Shown: piece after piece, positions 27,877-37,882 of the stretch
Numbering within the stretch: the stretch's first letter is position 1
How the letters are laid out: every line of letters begins with the position of its first letter
Virus record (IMG/VR): IMGVR_UViG_3300042197_004918
Span: 1-64,000 of that record
From: a virus
Direction: 5' to 3' (one strand)
Length of the DNA stretch: 64,000 bases
Translations under genes and position numbers: made by a program
Notes under the pieces: generated by a model
The model's database searches: none
Told to the model about the DNA's origin: nothing
The model's input: the letters and a program-made list of their open reading frames with translations, nothing else

Positions 27877-29850
27877 ATGACCGAGATTATTACGAAGGAA
27901 TTTTTAGACAAATACAGGAAATTACAACCGAATTGGGGATTTAACGAACTTGGATACGTTGTTTACAAAAGAACATATTCAAGAACAAAGCCGGATGGAA
28001 CAAGTGAAGAGTGGTTTGAGACTGTCGCGAGATGTATAAACGGTGCGCAGAAAATTGGAGCATCATATACAAAGAAAGAAGCGGAGACACTCTACGATTT
28101 AGTTTTCAATCTGAAATGCAACTTTGCAGGCAGAATGCTTTGGCAGTTAGGCACATCCACAGTTGACAGATTTGGAGCTAATAGTTTATTGAACTGTTGG
28201 TATGTTTCCATGAAAGAACCAAAGGCATTCACGTTTCTTTTTGAAAACCTGATGCTAGGTGGTGGAGTGGGATATAGTATTCGTCGTGAAGACGTTCACG
28301 AACTCCCCAAGATACACAAGTCAGTATCCGTCACGCACTTGAATACAAAGGATGCTGATTTTATCGTTCCCGACACGAGAGAAGGTTGGGTGAAGTTATT
28401 AGACTACACATTGGAAGCGTTCTACAAGAACGGCAAGTCTTTCACCTATTCTACAATTTTGATTCGAGGTGCCGGTGAGAAGATAAGTGGCTTCGGTGGA
28501 AAAGCATCCGGTCCAGCAATTCTTGTAGAGGGTATAAGAAAAATCGCGTCGATATTTCAATCCAGGGAGGGAAAGAAATTAAGAAGCGTCGATGTGTTGG
28601 ATATTTGTAACATAATCGGAAGTGTTGTCGTAGCTGGAAACGTTCGCAGGTCTGCTGAAATTGCATTGGGGGATCCTGATGACGTTCTATACCTCAGAGC
28701 TAAAAACTGGAACACCGGAACAATACCAAATTGGCGAGCGATGTCTAACAACACGATTTACGCCGACGACTATGAACACATAATGCCGGAAGTTTGGGAG
28801 AACGGATATGTCGTCAATCCAGTCTTGAAGACTGCAAATGGAGAACCATATGGATTTTTCAACCTACCACTCTCTCAAAAATTTGGAAGAATTTCCGATG
28901 GACCTATGAAGTCGTCTAACATATATCCTACCGACTTTGATAATGTGGTCGGAACGAATCCGTGTGGAGAAATATCCCTCGCAGATTATGAATGTTGTAA
29001 TTTGTGCGAACTTTATTTGAATAATATCGAATCTGAGGAGGAATTGTTCACTGCTGCCAAACTTTTATACAAGGCACAAAAAGCCATAGCAGCTCTTCCG
29101 TTCATCCACGAGGAGACGAATAAGATCGTCCATAAAAATATGAGGTTGGGTTTGGGAGTAACGGGAATCTGTCAATCTCTTGATAAAGTTAAATGGTTGG
29201 ATAGTTGTTACGTGAATCTTAGAAAGTTTGATAAAGAGTGGAGTAAGGAAAGGGGTTTCCCAGAGAGTATAAAATTGACTACGATAAAACCGTCGGGAAC
29301 TCTGTCAATATTAGGTGGGTCAACTCCTGGAATCCACCCAGCATACAGCAAACATTATTTCAGAACCATCCGCGTTGCTAGCTCAGATAAACTCGTGAAG
29401 GCTTGTAGGGATGCAGGATACAGAACGGAGTTTTTATTAGAACTTGATGGTAAAGAAAATCACGACACGGTTGTTATATATTTCCCATGTGTGACGCCTG
29501 ATGGAGCGGTCTTAGCAAAAGATATGTCGGTCTTTAAACAGCTTGAAATGGTGAAAGAATTACAGAGTGTGTGGAGTGACAACGCGGTAAGTGTAACTGC
29601 ATATTACAAACCAGAGGAACTCGAATCCCTCAAAGAGTGGTTAAAGGTTAACTACGAGAAGAACATAAAAAGTGTAAGTTTTCTACTTCATAAAGACCAC
29701 GGATTCAAACAGGCACCTTACATAGAAATAACTGAACAAGAGTATCTTGAAGCAAAAAAACATCTCAAACACATTGTCGTAAACGAGACGTCGGTATCAG
29801 AAATGATTCAGGGGATCGAATGCGACGGCGGCGCCTGCCCAATTCGTTAA
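27877..29850 (+). CDS. nrdJ: class II (B12-dependent) ribonucleotide reductase, monomeric RTPR type
   Basis: RTYSR, LLNC, VAGNVRRSA, TNPCGEI, TIKPSGT, C-terminal CDGGACP. Confidence 0.93.
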   Translation: MTEIITKEFLDKYRKLQPNWGFNELGYVVYKRTYSRTKPDGTSEEWFETVARCINGAQKIGASYTKKEAETLYDLVFNLKCNFAGRMLWQLGTSTVDRFGANSLLNCWYVSMKEPKAFTFLFENLMLGGGVGYSIRREDVHELPKIHKSVSVTHLNTKDADFIVPDTREGWVKLLDYTLEAFYKNGKSFTYSTILIRGAGEKISGFGGKASGPAILVEGIRKIASIFQSREGKKLRSVDVLDICNIIGSVVVAGNVRRSAEIALGDPDDVLYLRAKNWNTGTIPNWRAMSNNTIYADDYEHIMPEVWENGYVVNPVLKTANGEPYGFFNLPLSQKFGRISDGPMKSSNIYPTDFDNVVGTNPCGEISLADYECCNLCELYLNNIESEEELFTAAKLLYKAQKAIAALPFIHEETNKIVHKNMRLGLGVTGICQSLDKVKWLDSCYVNLRKFDKEWSKERGFPESIKLTTIKPSGTLSILGGSTPGIHPAYSKHYFRTIRVASSDKLVKACRDAGYRTEFLLELDGKENHDTVVIYFPCVTPDGAVLAKDMSVFKQLEMVKELQSVWSDNAVSVTAYYKPEELESLKEWLKVNYEKNIKSVSFLLHKDHGFKQAPYIEITEQEYLEAKKHLKHIVVNETSVSEMIQGIECDGGACPIR

Positions 29851-29901
29851 GTTAAACTGGTCGTTTTCAAAGAATGTCGATATTTATTATAGAATATCAA
29901 T

Positions 29902-30507
29902 ATGCCAGACATTGACCTCGAAATAATTGTTTCAGCACTAACTATCATAGGTATTTTGGCCAAAGCTGGATGGTGGTCGTTCAAGTGGCTTCGTGAACAG
30001 TATAAGACTGTAATGAGGGTTCATGGTCAAGTGGACCTCATATTCAAAGAGTTGACCCCCAACGGCGGAGGCTCCATAAAAGATAAAGTAAATTTGATGG
30101 CAAAGGAGATAACTGCAAATACGCAGATGACGGAACAAATATTTTACCGTCAGAGATGGATGATGGACCATAGGCAGGAAGCTATATTTGAGGCTCAAGA
30201 TACCGGAGAGATTTCATGGGTAAATAAACCATACTGTAACCTCACTGGCCGAGACTCTACCGACCTGTTGGGACATAATTGGAAAAACACCATTCACGAA
30301 GAAGACCGTGAAAGAGTTGTGTCAAATTGGGAGGCTTGCATCAAAGACGCCCGGCAGTTTGAAGACGAGTATCGAATCATAGTTGCTAACGGCAACACAA
30401 TAAAAGTATTCTGTTCCGCTTCTCACGTTCAAGGACACGGATACCTTGGTAGTATTCAACTAGCTACCGCATCAAGAGGTTCCGAACCGATGGGACATAA
30501 ATCCTAA
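29902..30507 (+). CDS. membrane-anchored PAS-domain protein
   Basis: N-terminal TM helix, PNGGGSIKD motif, PAS signature WVNKPYCNLTG...LLGHNWKNTIHEEDRERV...EDEYRI; TATTTATT at 29881. Confidence 0.8.
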   Translation: MPDIDLEIIVSALTIIGILAKAGWWSFKWLREQYKTVMRVHGQVDLIFKELTPNGGGSIKDKVNLMAKEITANTQMTEQIFYRQRWMMDHRQEAIFEAQDTGEISWVNKPYCNLTGRDSTDLLGHNWKNTIHEEDRERVVSNWEACIKDARQFEDEYRIIVANGNTIKVFCSASHVQGHGYLGSIQLATASRGSEPMGHKS

Positions 30508-30513
30508 AAAAAG

Positions 30514-30541
30514 TTGTAATCTGACCCCATCCATGTAATAT
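30514..30541 (+). promoter_or_regulatory. sigma70-like promoter, likely leaderless
   Basis: TTGTAA-16-TAATAT; ATG 6 nt downstream. Confidence 0.5.
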
Positions 30542-30547
30542 GGTTGC

Positions 30548-31339
30548 ATGGAAGTTCCTCCACGAAATTCGGAAGCACCGTTTGATTCATCTAAAGTCTA
30601 TTTGAGACAGATTTCAAAGAGTGTAGCCAAAGACATAATTGTAAAGAATCACTACACCCACAAGTGGAGTCTATGTCAGGTGGCGTATGGAGTATTCTAC
30701 AAGACTAATGAATGTAGCGAACACTTTACCGGAACCGAAGATAAGTTGATAGGATGTTTAATATACGGCCAGCCAGTCGGAAGAAGTGCAGCAGCGTCAC
30801 TATCGGATTCTTTACGGATAGATGAAGTTTTTGAACTAACCAGACTTTTCATTCACGACGGTTTTGGACGGAATATAGAAAGTTATAGCATAGTCCAATC
30901 GTTCAAACTCCTCAACCGAGAGTTCCCTAAAATAAAGGCGGTGTTAAGTTACGCAGACGGAGAACAAGGCCATGTCGGAGTGATATACCAAGCAACCGGG
31001 TTTCTGTATCAAGGAAACTCGTCCCTCGCCTTGATGCCCAATTATAGTTTAAGTTTGAAGGGGCCACCAAACTATGAATGGATGCATAGTAGGTCGGTTA
31101 CGTCAAGATGGGGAAGTTGTAATATAGACCACTTAAAGCGATGTATAGGAAAGACCTTTTATAGAAAGAAGGAATCGACAAAACATAGGTATGTGATTTT
31201 TATAGGTTCTCGTGTGGAGAAGAAGAAACTCACAAAATCTCTTAAACATCCGATATTACCGTATCCCAAGTCTTGTCACCATGTTGATGAAATAGAAGAA
31301 ATTGTAGTGGAAAATAATGCAACCGAAACCTTTTTTTAA
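30548..31339 (+). CDS. mom: Mom-family DNA adenine-modifying GNAT enzyme
   Basis: IVKNHY, ELTRLF, RNIES, VLSYAD..QGHVGVIYQATGFLYQG, KHRY. Confidence 0.8.
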   Translation: MEVPPRNSEAPFDSSKVYLRQISKSVAKDIIVKNHYTHKWSLCQVAYGVFYKTNECSEHFTGTEDKLIGCLIYGQPVGRSAAASLSDSLRIDEVFELTRLFIHDGFGRNIESYSIVQSFKLLNREFPKIKAVLSYADGEQGHVGVIYQATGFLYQGNSSLALMPNYSLSLKGPPNYEWMHSRSVTSRWGSCNIDHLKRCIGKTFYRKKESTKHRYVIFIGSRVEKKKLTKSLKHPILPYPKSCHHVDEIEEIVVENNATETFF

Positions 31340-31354
31340 AGATATTTATAGGAT

Positions 31355-32425
31355 ATGAAGCTCAAACTGTCCGAATTGAAGAAAATTATCCGTGAAAATG
31401 TTGATGCAGTTATCCGTGAAAAATTCGGCCACGGAGAAGTAGACCCGTCCGGACAAGGTGAATCGGCGGTCAATGCTTTGTTCGAGAAGGGAAGCATGGT
31501 TGTTGCTTTCTCTGAAATAGAAGACTTGTCGTATGAGATGGAAAAGGACGTAGACCGTGCCGAAGCTCTGTATGAGAAACTTGTGGAGTATGCACGTGAG
31601 GCCGCTCCGGAGTTGGGATATTTGCCCGACGCTCGTGGAGAGTTCTTTGTAAAACGGAATACCACACAGAAGTTTGCGAAAGATTATCCCCAGTTAAAGA
31701 AACCTGCTGTTAAGGCTGACGACGACGGATTTGTTGGAAACACAGAACTTCAAGAATCGAAACTTTCCATCTTGAAGAAGATTATAAAAGAGGCTATTGA
31801 AGAAGTAAAGTCTGAGGATTCTAAGTCAATCGAAGAGTCGATGAAAGCGGTTCTTAGAATGCTTAAAGAACAGAATAAGTCGCTGTCTTTACGTAAGAAC
31901 CGTGCTGGAAACTTTGAAGTCGGCGGATGTTCCCCTACACAAATCGAAATCCGTCCAATGATGAAAGACGCATTTGATGTCATTTTCATCAAAAATGGAA
32001 CCGACCGTGAGAAGAAGATGAACCTCGATTTAAAGGGTGTAAAGGATTATTTGAAGGAGAAGTTGGACGACAAGAAATTGGATTACAAACAAACCGCCTT
32101 CAACAAAGCGGCTTCTCAGGTTGAAGATGAAACCAAAAAGACAACCGGTTTGCCCGACAGCAAGATTAAAGATTTGAAAAAAGTCGGTGACACGAAGAAA
32201 GACGACCTCGATTTCAACAAGAAAGAAGTTGAAAAAGAAGCCGACCTTCCCGACCAGCCCCTCGCTGAAGTTGGAGAAGTGAAGGGTCAATCATCCCACG
32301 ACAGCGACTCTGGTAAAGCAAAGTATACGTTTCCAAAACAAGATAAAGAAGAGAAAAAGCACGTTTTGAAGGGTGGCAAGGGTAAAGAGTTGAAACTGCC
32401 AGAGAAGAAGATAAAAAAGAAGTGA
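31355..32425 (+). CDS. highly charged hypothetical protein, putative internal head protein
   Basis: TATTTATA at 31343; two copies of L..LKKII[RK]E. Confidence 0.7.
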   Translation: MKLKLSELKKIIRENVDAVIREKFGHGEVDPSGQGESAVNALFEKGSMVVAFSEIEDLSYEMEKDVDRAEALYEKLVEYAREAAPELGYLPDARGEFFVKRNTTQKFAKDYPQLKKPAVKADDDGFVGNTELQESKLSILKKIIKEAIEEVKSEDSKSIEESMKAVLRMLKEQNKSLSLRKNRAGNFEVGGCSPTQIEIRPMMKDAFDVIFIKNGTDREKKMNLDLKGVKDYLKEKLDDKKLDYKQTAFNKAASQVEDETKKTTGLPDSKIKDLKKVGDTKKDDLDFNKKEVEKEADLPDQPLAEVGEVKGQSSHDSDSGKAKYTFPKQDKEEKKHVLKGGKGKELKLPEKKIKKK

Positions 32426-32442
32426 GTTATTTTAATTAGGGG

Positions 32443-32470
32443 TTGACTCTACCGAATATCGTGATAGACT
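32443..32470 (+). promoter_or_regulatory. sigma70-like promoter, likely leaderless
   Basis: TTGACT-16-TAGACT with extended TG; ATG 7 nt downstream. Confidence 0.6.
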
Positions 32471-32477
32471 GTATCAA

Positions 32478-33446
32478 ATGAAACAGTCTGACGACATTAA
32501 AAAGAAACTCTCCAAGTGTAGTTCCCTTATTCCACCATCGCTTATAATAAGCGACTTGAAGTGGAAATACCTATGTAGGAGTGTTTTACGTGGAAAGAAT
32601 GTTTTAGTGGTAGGTCCGACTGGATGTGGAAAAACGTTGGCTGCCAAGAGTGTTGCCAAAGCACTGGCCTCTGATGAACAGTTCTTCTATTTCAATCTCG
32701 GCAGCACACAAGATTCCAGAAGTTCCCTCATTGGAAATACACACTTCGATAAATCCACAGGAACAATTTTTAACGAATCCACCTTCGTCACAGCAATCCG
32801 AACCCCCGGTGCAATAATTCTGTTGGATGAAATTTCTCGTGCTCATCCAGATGCATGGAACATCCTTATGACGGTATTGGATGATTTACAGAGATATTTG
32901 AGGTTGGATGAAAAGCGTGACAGCGAGGTTGTCCATGTCGCCGATGGTGTCACCTTCATCGCAACGGCTAACATAGGAAACGAATACACTTCCACGAAAA
33001 TAATGGATAGGGCGTTATTGAACCGATTTAGTGTAAAGATTGAAATGGAACCGTTGGACGCCGAAAATGAATTCAATCTGTTAAAATCTAGGTTTGACAT
33101 AACTGACGACTCTCTTCTCGAAACGCTTAAACATATGGTGGAGATTGCCGGTCACACAAGAAAGGCTCTAAAACAAGAGGATTCGTCCTTGACGAATTTC
33201 CTTTCAACTCGTGACACGGTTGAGATGGCTGAATTGTTGACTGACGGTTTTAGCCTTTTGGAAATTGCGGAGAACGTAATATATCCGAACTTTGAACAAG
33301 AGGGTGGTGCCGACAGTGAACGGACGTATATAAAACAACTGGTCCAAAAATATGTGGTAGACCCTAACCTACCGAAAAATCTGTTCAAGACGCCGCCTGC
33401 AAAAACCGGAACTCCATCCGCACCGACGAGTAAGGTGCCATTCTGA
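32478..33446 (+). CDS. MoxR/CbbQ/CobS-like AAA+ ATPase
   Basis: GPTGCGKT, ILLDEISR, FIATAN, MDRALLNRF, STR. Confidence 0.9.
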   Translation: MKQSDDIKKKLSKCSSLIPPSLIISDLKWKYLCRSVLRGKNVLVVGPTGCGKTLAAKSVAKALASDEQFFYFNLGSTQDSRSSLIGNTHFDKSTGTIFNESTFVTAIRTPGAIILLDEISRAHPDAWNILMTVLDDLQRYLRLDEKRDSEVVHVADGVTFIATANIGNEYTSTKIMDRALLNRFSVKIEMEPLDAENEFNLLKSRFDITDDSLLETLKHMVEIAGHTRKALKQEDSSLTNFLSTRDTVEMAELLTDGFSLLEIAENVIYPNFEQEGGADSERTYIKQLVQKYVVDPNLPKNLFKTPPAKTGTPSAPTSKVPF

Positions 33447-33447
33447 T

Positions 33448-35532
33448 ATGGAACCAACAGTCTATTCCGATTTTTGGATGGGTGATGACGGCATCAAACA
33501 AGATGAACCCGCAGAGTATTTACACCTAATCCGTCTTGCTCAATACAGAAAAGCCATAAGCAACTTTGTAAACATTTTGACCGGACGAAACATTCCCGTC
33601 CACTTCAATGTTAAAGACAAAAATGCCACCGATGGTGAAATCGTCTATCTTTCACCTAATATAAAGCAAAAAAAGGATTTTGACGTTGCGGTGGGGTTGT
33701 CTCTCCATGAAGGTGCCCATATAGTCCATAGTGATTTCTTGATACTAAAAACTCTCTGGCAAAGAACTCCCCGTAAGCTATACGACCTGGCGGTCAAGAA
33801 GAATATAACAAAATCCCGTGTAGCAGCTTTGGTAAAAACCATGCTTAATTACGTGGAGGATAGGTTCATAGATTCTCTGATTTATAGGGATGCTCCTGGT
33901 TACAGAGGATATTACATTTCATTGTATGACAGGTATTTTAACCTAGAAGACAACTCGACAGCGTTGAAGTCAAACGTCTATAGGTTTCCCAGCCTTTCAG
34001 CGTATGAGTTTCGTATCATAAACTTCACAAACCCTGCAACAGATTTGTCAGCTTTGCCTGGCCTTGAAGAGATTTACAATCTGATTGATATACCAACGGT
34101 TCTTAGACTCAAAACTCCAAATGATAGATTCTTGGTAGCTGTAGACATCTGTGAGATAATACTGAAAAATTTAGGAAAACAAAAGGGTGAATCCGCTGGA
34201 AAAAACTCAAAACCTGCCACCGGCGCTCCCGGCCCCTCGGACGGAAAATCTAACGGTGACAGTTCATCTCCGCCACCGGAGGAACCATCTGAACCCGAAG
34301 ATTCAACGAAACCGTCTGAAAAGCCCGAGGAGAAGCCCGGTGATGAAGAACCTAAAAAAGACGACATAGGTGGGTCTGACGCAGAAAACACGGTCACTGA
34401 TAAAGATGCGGCTAAAAGTGAGGACGATTTAGAATCTGGCACCGGTGATACATCCGGTGTAAACATTGATAAGTTAAACAAAGTCGTTGATCGCCAAAAA
34501 GCGTTTATTAACGGTGAACTAAAGAAACCCATATTGAATGACGCAGATAGTCAAACGGTATCTTCGATTGATAAGAGCGGCATGGTTTTAATACGTGTTG
34601 GAAAATCGTTATCAAAACAGTCTGATTTCAAAGGAATCGAATGTGTGTTAGTCAAAGAACTGACCAACGAACTGTTGGAAGATGCTGCCTTTCCAATGTT
34701 TACGTTCAAACTCAATTCTCCTTCACCTCACGAACCAGCTGTGCGTGCAGGATTAGTGATGGGCAGATTGTTAGGAAAGCGTTTACAGATACGTGACGAA
34801 GTAAGATCCACAAAGTATAATAGACAACCATCCGGTAAAATAGATAGAAGGCTTCTATCGGAACTTGGTCACGACATCTATAACGTATTTTATACAACCA
34901 AGGTAGACAAATTTAATGAAATATCAATTCATATTTCAGTTGACGCCAGCAGTTCAATGGCTGGAAAGAAGTGGTCTAAGACACTCACCAGCGTAGTTGC
35001 TATATGCAAAGCGGCGTCTATGATTTCTAATATAAAGGTGTCAGTGAGCTTCAGAACTACCCTACGGACGTCCTCCGGAGAGGTTCCTTATGTGGTAATG
35101 GCCTACGATTCCACGAAAGACTCAATCACCAAGGTAATAACTCAATTCAAGTATCTTTCCCCCAATAATACCACTCCTGAGGGTTTGGCGTTTGAGGCTA
35201 TTTTAACAAACTTGCCGCAACCAAAAATCGGTGAGGATAGATATTTTCTTAACTTCTCGGACGGTCAACCGTGCTTCCAAGGGAGCAGAGATGGTAAAAT
35301 ACTGTATATCGGTGCCCCAGCGGTAGAACACACACGCATTCAAGTTTCGGAGATAAGGAGGCTTGGATACAAGATACTGTCATACTTCATAGAATCCGAC
35401 CAGGCCGAGTTATCCGAAGAACTGAAAAAGGATTTTAGAAAAATGTATGGGAAAGATGCCGCATTCGTAGATGTAAATAATGTGGTGAAAATCTCAAACA
35501 CAATGAATGCCATGTTTTTGAAAAAAGACTGA
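33448..35532 (+). CDS. CobT-like protein: HExxH metallopeptidase-like domain, acidic linker, VWA domain
   Basis: SLHEGAH, NYVEDRFID, SGKIDRR, MIDAS VDASSSM, TPEG, FSDGQP. Confidence 0.85.
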   Translation: MEPTVYSDFWMGDDGIKQDEPAEYLHLIRLAQYRKAISNFVNILTGRNIPVHFNVKDKNATDGEIVYLSPNIKQKKDFDVAVGLSLHEGAHIVHSDFLILKTLWQRTPRKLYDLAVKKNITKSRVAALVKTMLNYVEDRFIDSLIYRDAPGYRGYYISLYDRYFNLEDNSTALKSNVYRFPSLSAYEFRIINFTNPATDLSALPGLEEIYNLIDIPTVLRLKTPNDRFLVAVDICEIILKNLGKQKGESAGKNSKPATGAPGPSDGKSNGDSSSPPPEEPSEPEDSTKPSEKPEEKPGDEEPKKDDIGGSDAENTVTDKDAAKSEDDLESGTGDTSGVNIDKLNKVVDRQKAFINGELKKPILNDADSQTVSSIDKSGMVLIRVGKSLSKQSDFKGIECVLVKELTNELLEDAAFPMFTFKLNSPSPHEPAVRAGLVMGRLLGKRLQIRDEVRSTKYNRQPSGKIDRRLLSELGHDIYNVFYTTKVDKFNEISIHISVDASSSMAGKKWSKTLTSVVAICKAASMISNIKVSVSFRTTLRTSSGEVPYVVMAYDSTKDSITKVITQFKYLSPNNTTPEGLAFEAILTNLPQPKIGEDRYFLNFSDGQPCFQGSRDGKILYIGAPAVEHTRIQVSEIRRLGYKILSYFIESDQAELSEELKKDFRKMYGKDAAFVDVNNVVKISNTMNAMFLKKD

Positions 35533-35550
35533 TCTTTTTAAGTTTACTGG

Positions 35551-35578
35551 TTGACATAAAACTTTCTTATGATAAGAT
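35551..35578 (+). promoter_or_regulatory. strong sigma70-like early promoter
   Basis: TTGACA-16-TAAGAT with extended TG. Confidence 0.7.
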
Positions 35579-35603
35579 TAGGTCGTAGGTAAAAAACAAA
35601 ATT

Positions 35604-36026
35604 ATGAAACAAACAAACCAAACCGATACAACCACCTCAACGACACCCTCAACGACACCCTCAACCAAGACTGGTCGCAAGAACAGAACCAAGTTGGAGG
35701 TCACGTTGCCTAAGAGTGGTTTTTATACAAATGAGTCTCTCTACAAGGAATTCAATTCCGGGTTCGTTCCTATCACTCTGAGAGTTCGCGTCAAGAAGTT
35801 CGTCGCCACCGGTAAGATTGTCGAAGTCGGAACGCTCCATCAGCCAAAGGGCCGCCCATCCATTATCATGGCGACCACTCCCGTTAGCAAGGACACGTGG
35901 GCAGCCATCAATGCTGCTGGTGTGTTGTTGAACGAGAAGTATTCCGTGAACGTCGTTTCCATCGGCGCTCAGACCGAGGCCGCACCTGCTGAAACCGTCG
36001 CTTCCGCTGAGGCAGTGGTCGCCTAA
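35604..36026 (+). CDS. early small protein, possible winged-helix DNA-binding protein
   Basis: Own promoter and terminator; ITLRVRVKKFVATGKIVEVG...KGRP; N-terminal 12-nt repeat CCTCAACGACAC at 35635-35665. Confidence 0.7.
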   Translation: MKQTNQTDTTTSTTPSTTPSTKTGRKNRTKLEVTLPKSGFYTNESLYKEFNSGFVPITLRVRVKKFVATGKIVEVGTLHQPKGRPSIIMATTPVSKDTWAAINAAGVLLNEKYSVNVVSIGAQTEAAPAETVASAEAVVA

Positions 36027-36046
36027 TCTAACACCAAATAACGAGA

Positions 36047-36079
36047 GAAGAGGGGCACATCAGTGTCCCTTTCTTTTTT
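36047..36079. terminator. terminator between convergent genes (possibly bidirectional)
   Basis: AGGGGCAC / GTGTCCCT stem flanked by purine and T tracts. Confidence 0.7.
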
Positions 36080-36293
36080 CGTAAATCTTCCCAATCTTTA
36101 TAAAATCTGTGTCGAGAGTGTAATAGTTTATCCGTATGGAAGGACTTAGGTTTTTTATCACCGCCGCCACACGATTTTTACTTCCACGAATCAAGGGAAC
36201 GTCCAATTCAGAGTCAAACAATACACAGTTCGTAGCGTCTATTTCTATATAATGAAACAGAGTTTCTTTTACATTGATTTTCTTGAATGTCAT
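36060..36293 (-). CDS. small hypothetical protein
   Basis: 77 aa; minus-strand TATGTATT octamer (36311-36304) 10 nt upstream of its ATG. Confidence 0.6.
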   Translation of the reverse strand: MTFKKINVKETLFHYIEIDATNCVLFDSELDVPLIRGSKNRVAAVIKNLSPSIRINYYTLDTDFIKIGKIYEKRKGH

Positions 36294-36310
36294 GGTATCG
36301 TAGAATACAT

Positions 36311-37492
36311 ATGAGTTCTCCTAACGATTTTTTCGACGTAATTGAATTCGATTACGAACTAGAGAAGAAAAGGTTCGTAGATAACATGAATTTGTTAAAG
36401 TCTATGGATGTCCGTGAACAGACATTCTATAAGAAGTGGTATGAACTACAAACTTACAGAAGCTTAGTAGCAAATTCGTCTATAACGAAGTCGAAAATTT
36501 GGGTTCCAAACGATATACAAGACGAGAAGGAGACTGTTAATCAGTTGGAATCCATGAATCCAACCATTGAACTTGTCACCAACTCCACGGAGAACGATTG
36601 GTTAATGCTGAGGCTTTTCTGTCACACGATGGAGTTCAGCCAAACGCCGGGAAGGTTTTTAAAACTAATCATACACGATGGAACACCTGAACGACGATTG
36701 TTGGGTGGGATTTCCATATCAAGCGACGTCATAGCCATAACTGACAGAGATAATTACATTGGATGGACTTCCGACGATAGGCTCAAGGGTGACAAGAGAA
36801 TCAACAATAGTGCGATTGGAAGCTGCATTATGTCTACACAACCCTTTGGATACAATTTCTTGGGTGGAAAACTTTCGGCTTGTTTGGTCACGACCGATGT
36901 TGTAAGAGACGCCTGGAAGAACGGATATAACAATGTAATGGCGGGCATGACCACCACGAGTTTATACGGAAGTTACAGTATGTATAATAGTCTGAAGTGG
37001 TGGCATAAATGTGGAACAAGTGCTGGAAAGATGCCCATAAAACCGGATGACACGGTTTATGAAGTCTGGCACCACTGGTTACAGGAAAATAAACCCCATG
37101 AGTATGCTGAGATGATGAAGCAGAAGGATGGAGTATCCGGCCCCGTGACAGGAGCGAAACAGAGGGTAATATCCAAGATATTCTCTCAGTTAAAGATGAA
37201 GACGTCGGATTACGTCCACGGATTTGAACGGGGAACATACTACAGTTCCTTCTATGAAAATACCAGAGAATTTCTTTGTAACAAGATTAAAGAGTCGGAT
37301 TTGAGAATGAAACCGCTCTACGCATCTGGGAAAACTTCCATATTAGATTGGTGGAGGCCCAAGGCCATAGACCGATACAAGAAGCTTAGAGCGGAGTCAA
37401 ATTTAAAGGGTGACATTCTCTATTACAATGATATGATCGGGATGGAATATAAAGAAGCCAAGGAGAAATACTTAAATGAAGTCGGAAGATAA
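36311..37492 (+). CDS. DUF4338 (DruA-like) protein
   Basis: TPGR, RDNYIGW, IMSTQPFGYNFLGGKL, TTTSLYG; TTGATT-16-TATCGT promoter upstream. Confidence 0.75.
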   Translation: MSSPNDFFDVIEFDYELEKKRFVDNMNLLKSMDVREQTFYKKWYELQTYRSLVANSSITKSKIWVPNDIQDEKETVNQLESMNPTIELVTNSTENDWLMLRLFCHTMEFSQTPGRFLKLIIHDGTPERRLLGGISISSDVIAITDRDNYIGWTSDDRLKGDKRINNSAIGSCIMSTQPFGYNFLGGKLSACLVTTDVVRDAWKNGYNNVMAGMTTTSLYGSYSMYNSLKWWHKCGTSAGKMPIKPDDTVYEVWHHWLQENKPHEYAEMMKQKDGVSGPVTGAKQRVISKIFSQLKMKTSDYVHGFERGTYYSSFYENTREFLCNKIKESDLRMKPLYASGKTSILDWWRPKAIDRYKKLRAESNLKGDILYYNDMIGMEYKEAKEKYLNEVGR

Positions 37493-37880
37493 AAAGCAAA
37501 TCAAAATACCCGACGTTGGTGATGACACGACGTTGTTCTTGACAAAAAATGGATACCGATTAGCGCAAGGATATAATCGTGTAGTTTTTGGAGGGCGAGG
37601 AGCCTATGTTGAGTTTCAACCGAAACACGTATTTCACACAAACATCCACATACCAGAAAATCAATTGTTTAGGTTAAGCGACCCCCGAATCTATTACATA
37701 GAGTTTAGAAGCGGTGATGAATCGAACGTGAAGGTTTATTATCAAATGAGAAGCGTAGCGTATGCCGACTACAAAATAGGTATGTTTTACATATGTCCGA
37801 CGCAACTCAAACTTCTCGATGGGGCTAGTGTGTTAAATCGGTCAACTGAAAATGAAAGAAGCGTAGACTTTTTTGAATAA
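37476..37880 (+). CDS. conserved hypothetical phage protein
   Basis: GYNRVVFGGRGAYVEF, KVYYQ...VAYADYKIG; ends in DFFE. Confidence 0.75.
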   Translation: MKSEDKKQIKIPDVGDDTTLFLTKNGYRLAQGYNRVVFGGRGAYVEFQPKHVFHTNIHIPENQLFRLSDPRIYYIEFRSGDESNVKVYYQMRSVAYADYKIGMFYICPTQLKLLDGASVLNRSTENERSVDFFE

Positions 37881-37882
37881 TT

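Noticed and set aside
23113-29850. Inteins in RecA, helicase or ribonucleotide reductase
   Set aside because: Lengths are normal and no C...HN[CST] splice motifs or LAGLIDADG inserts are seen
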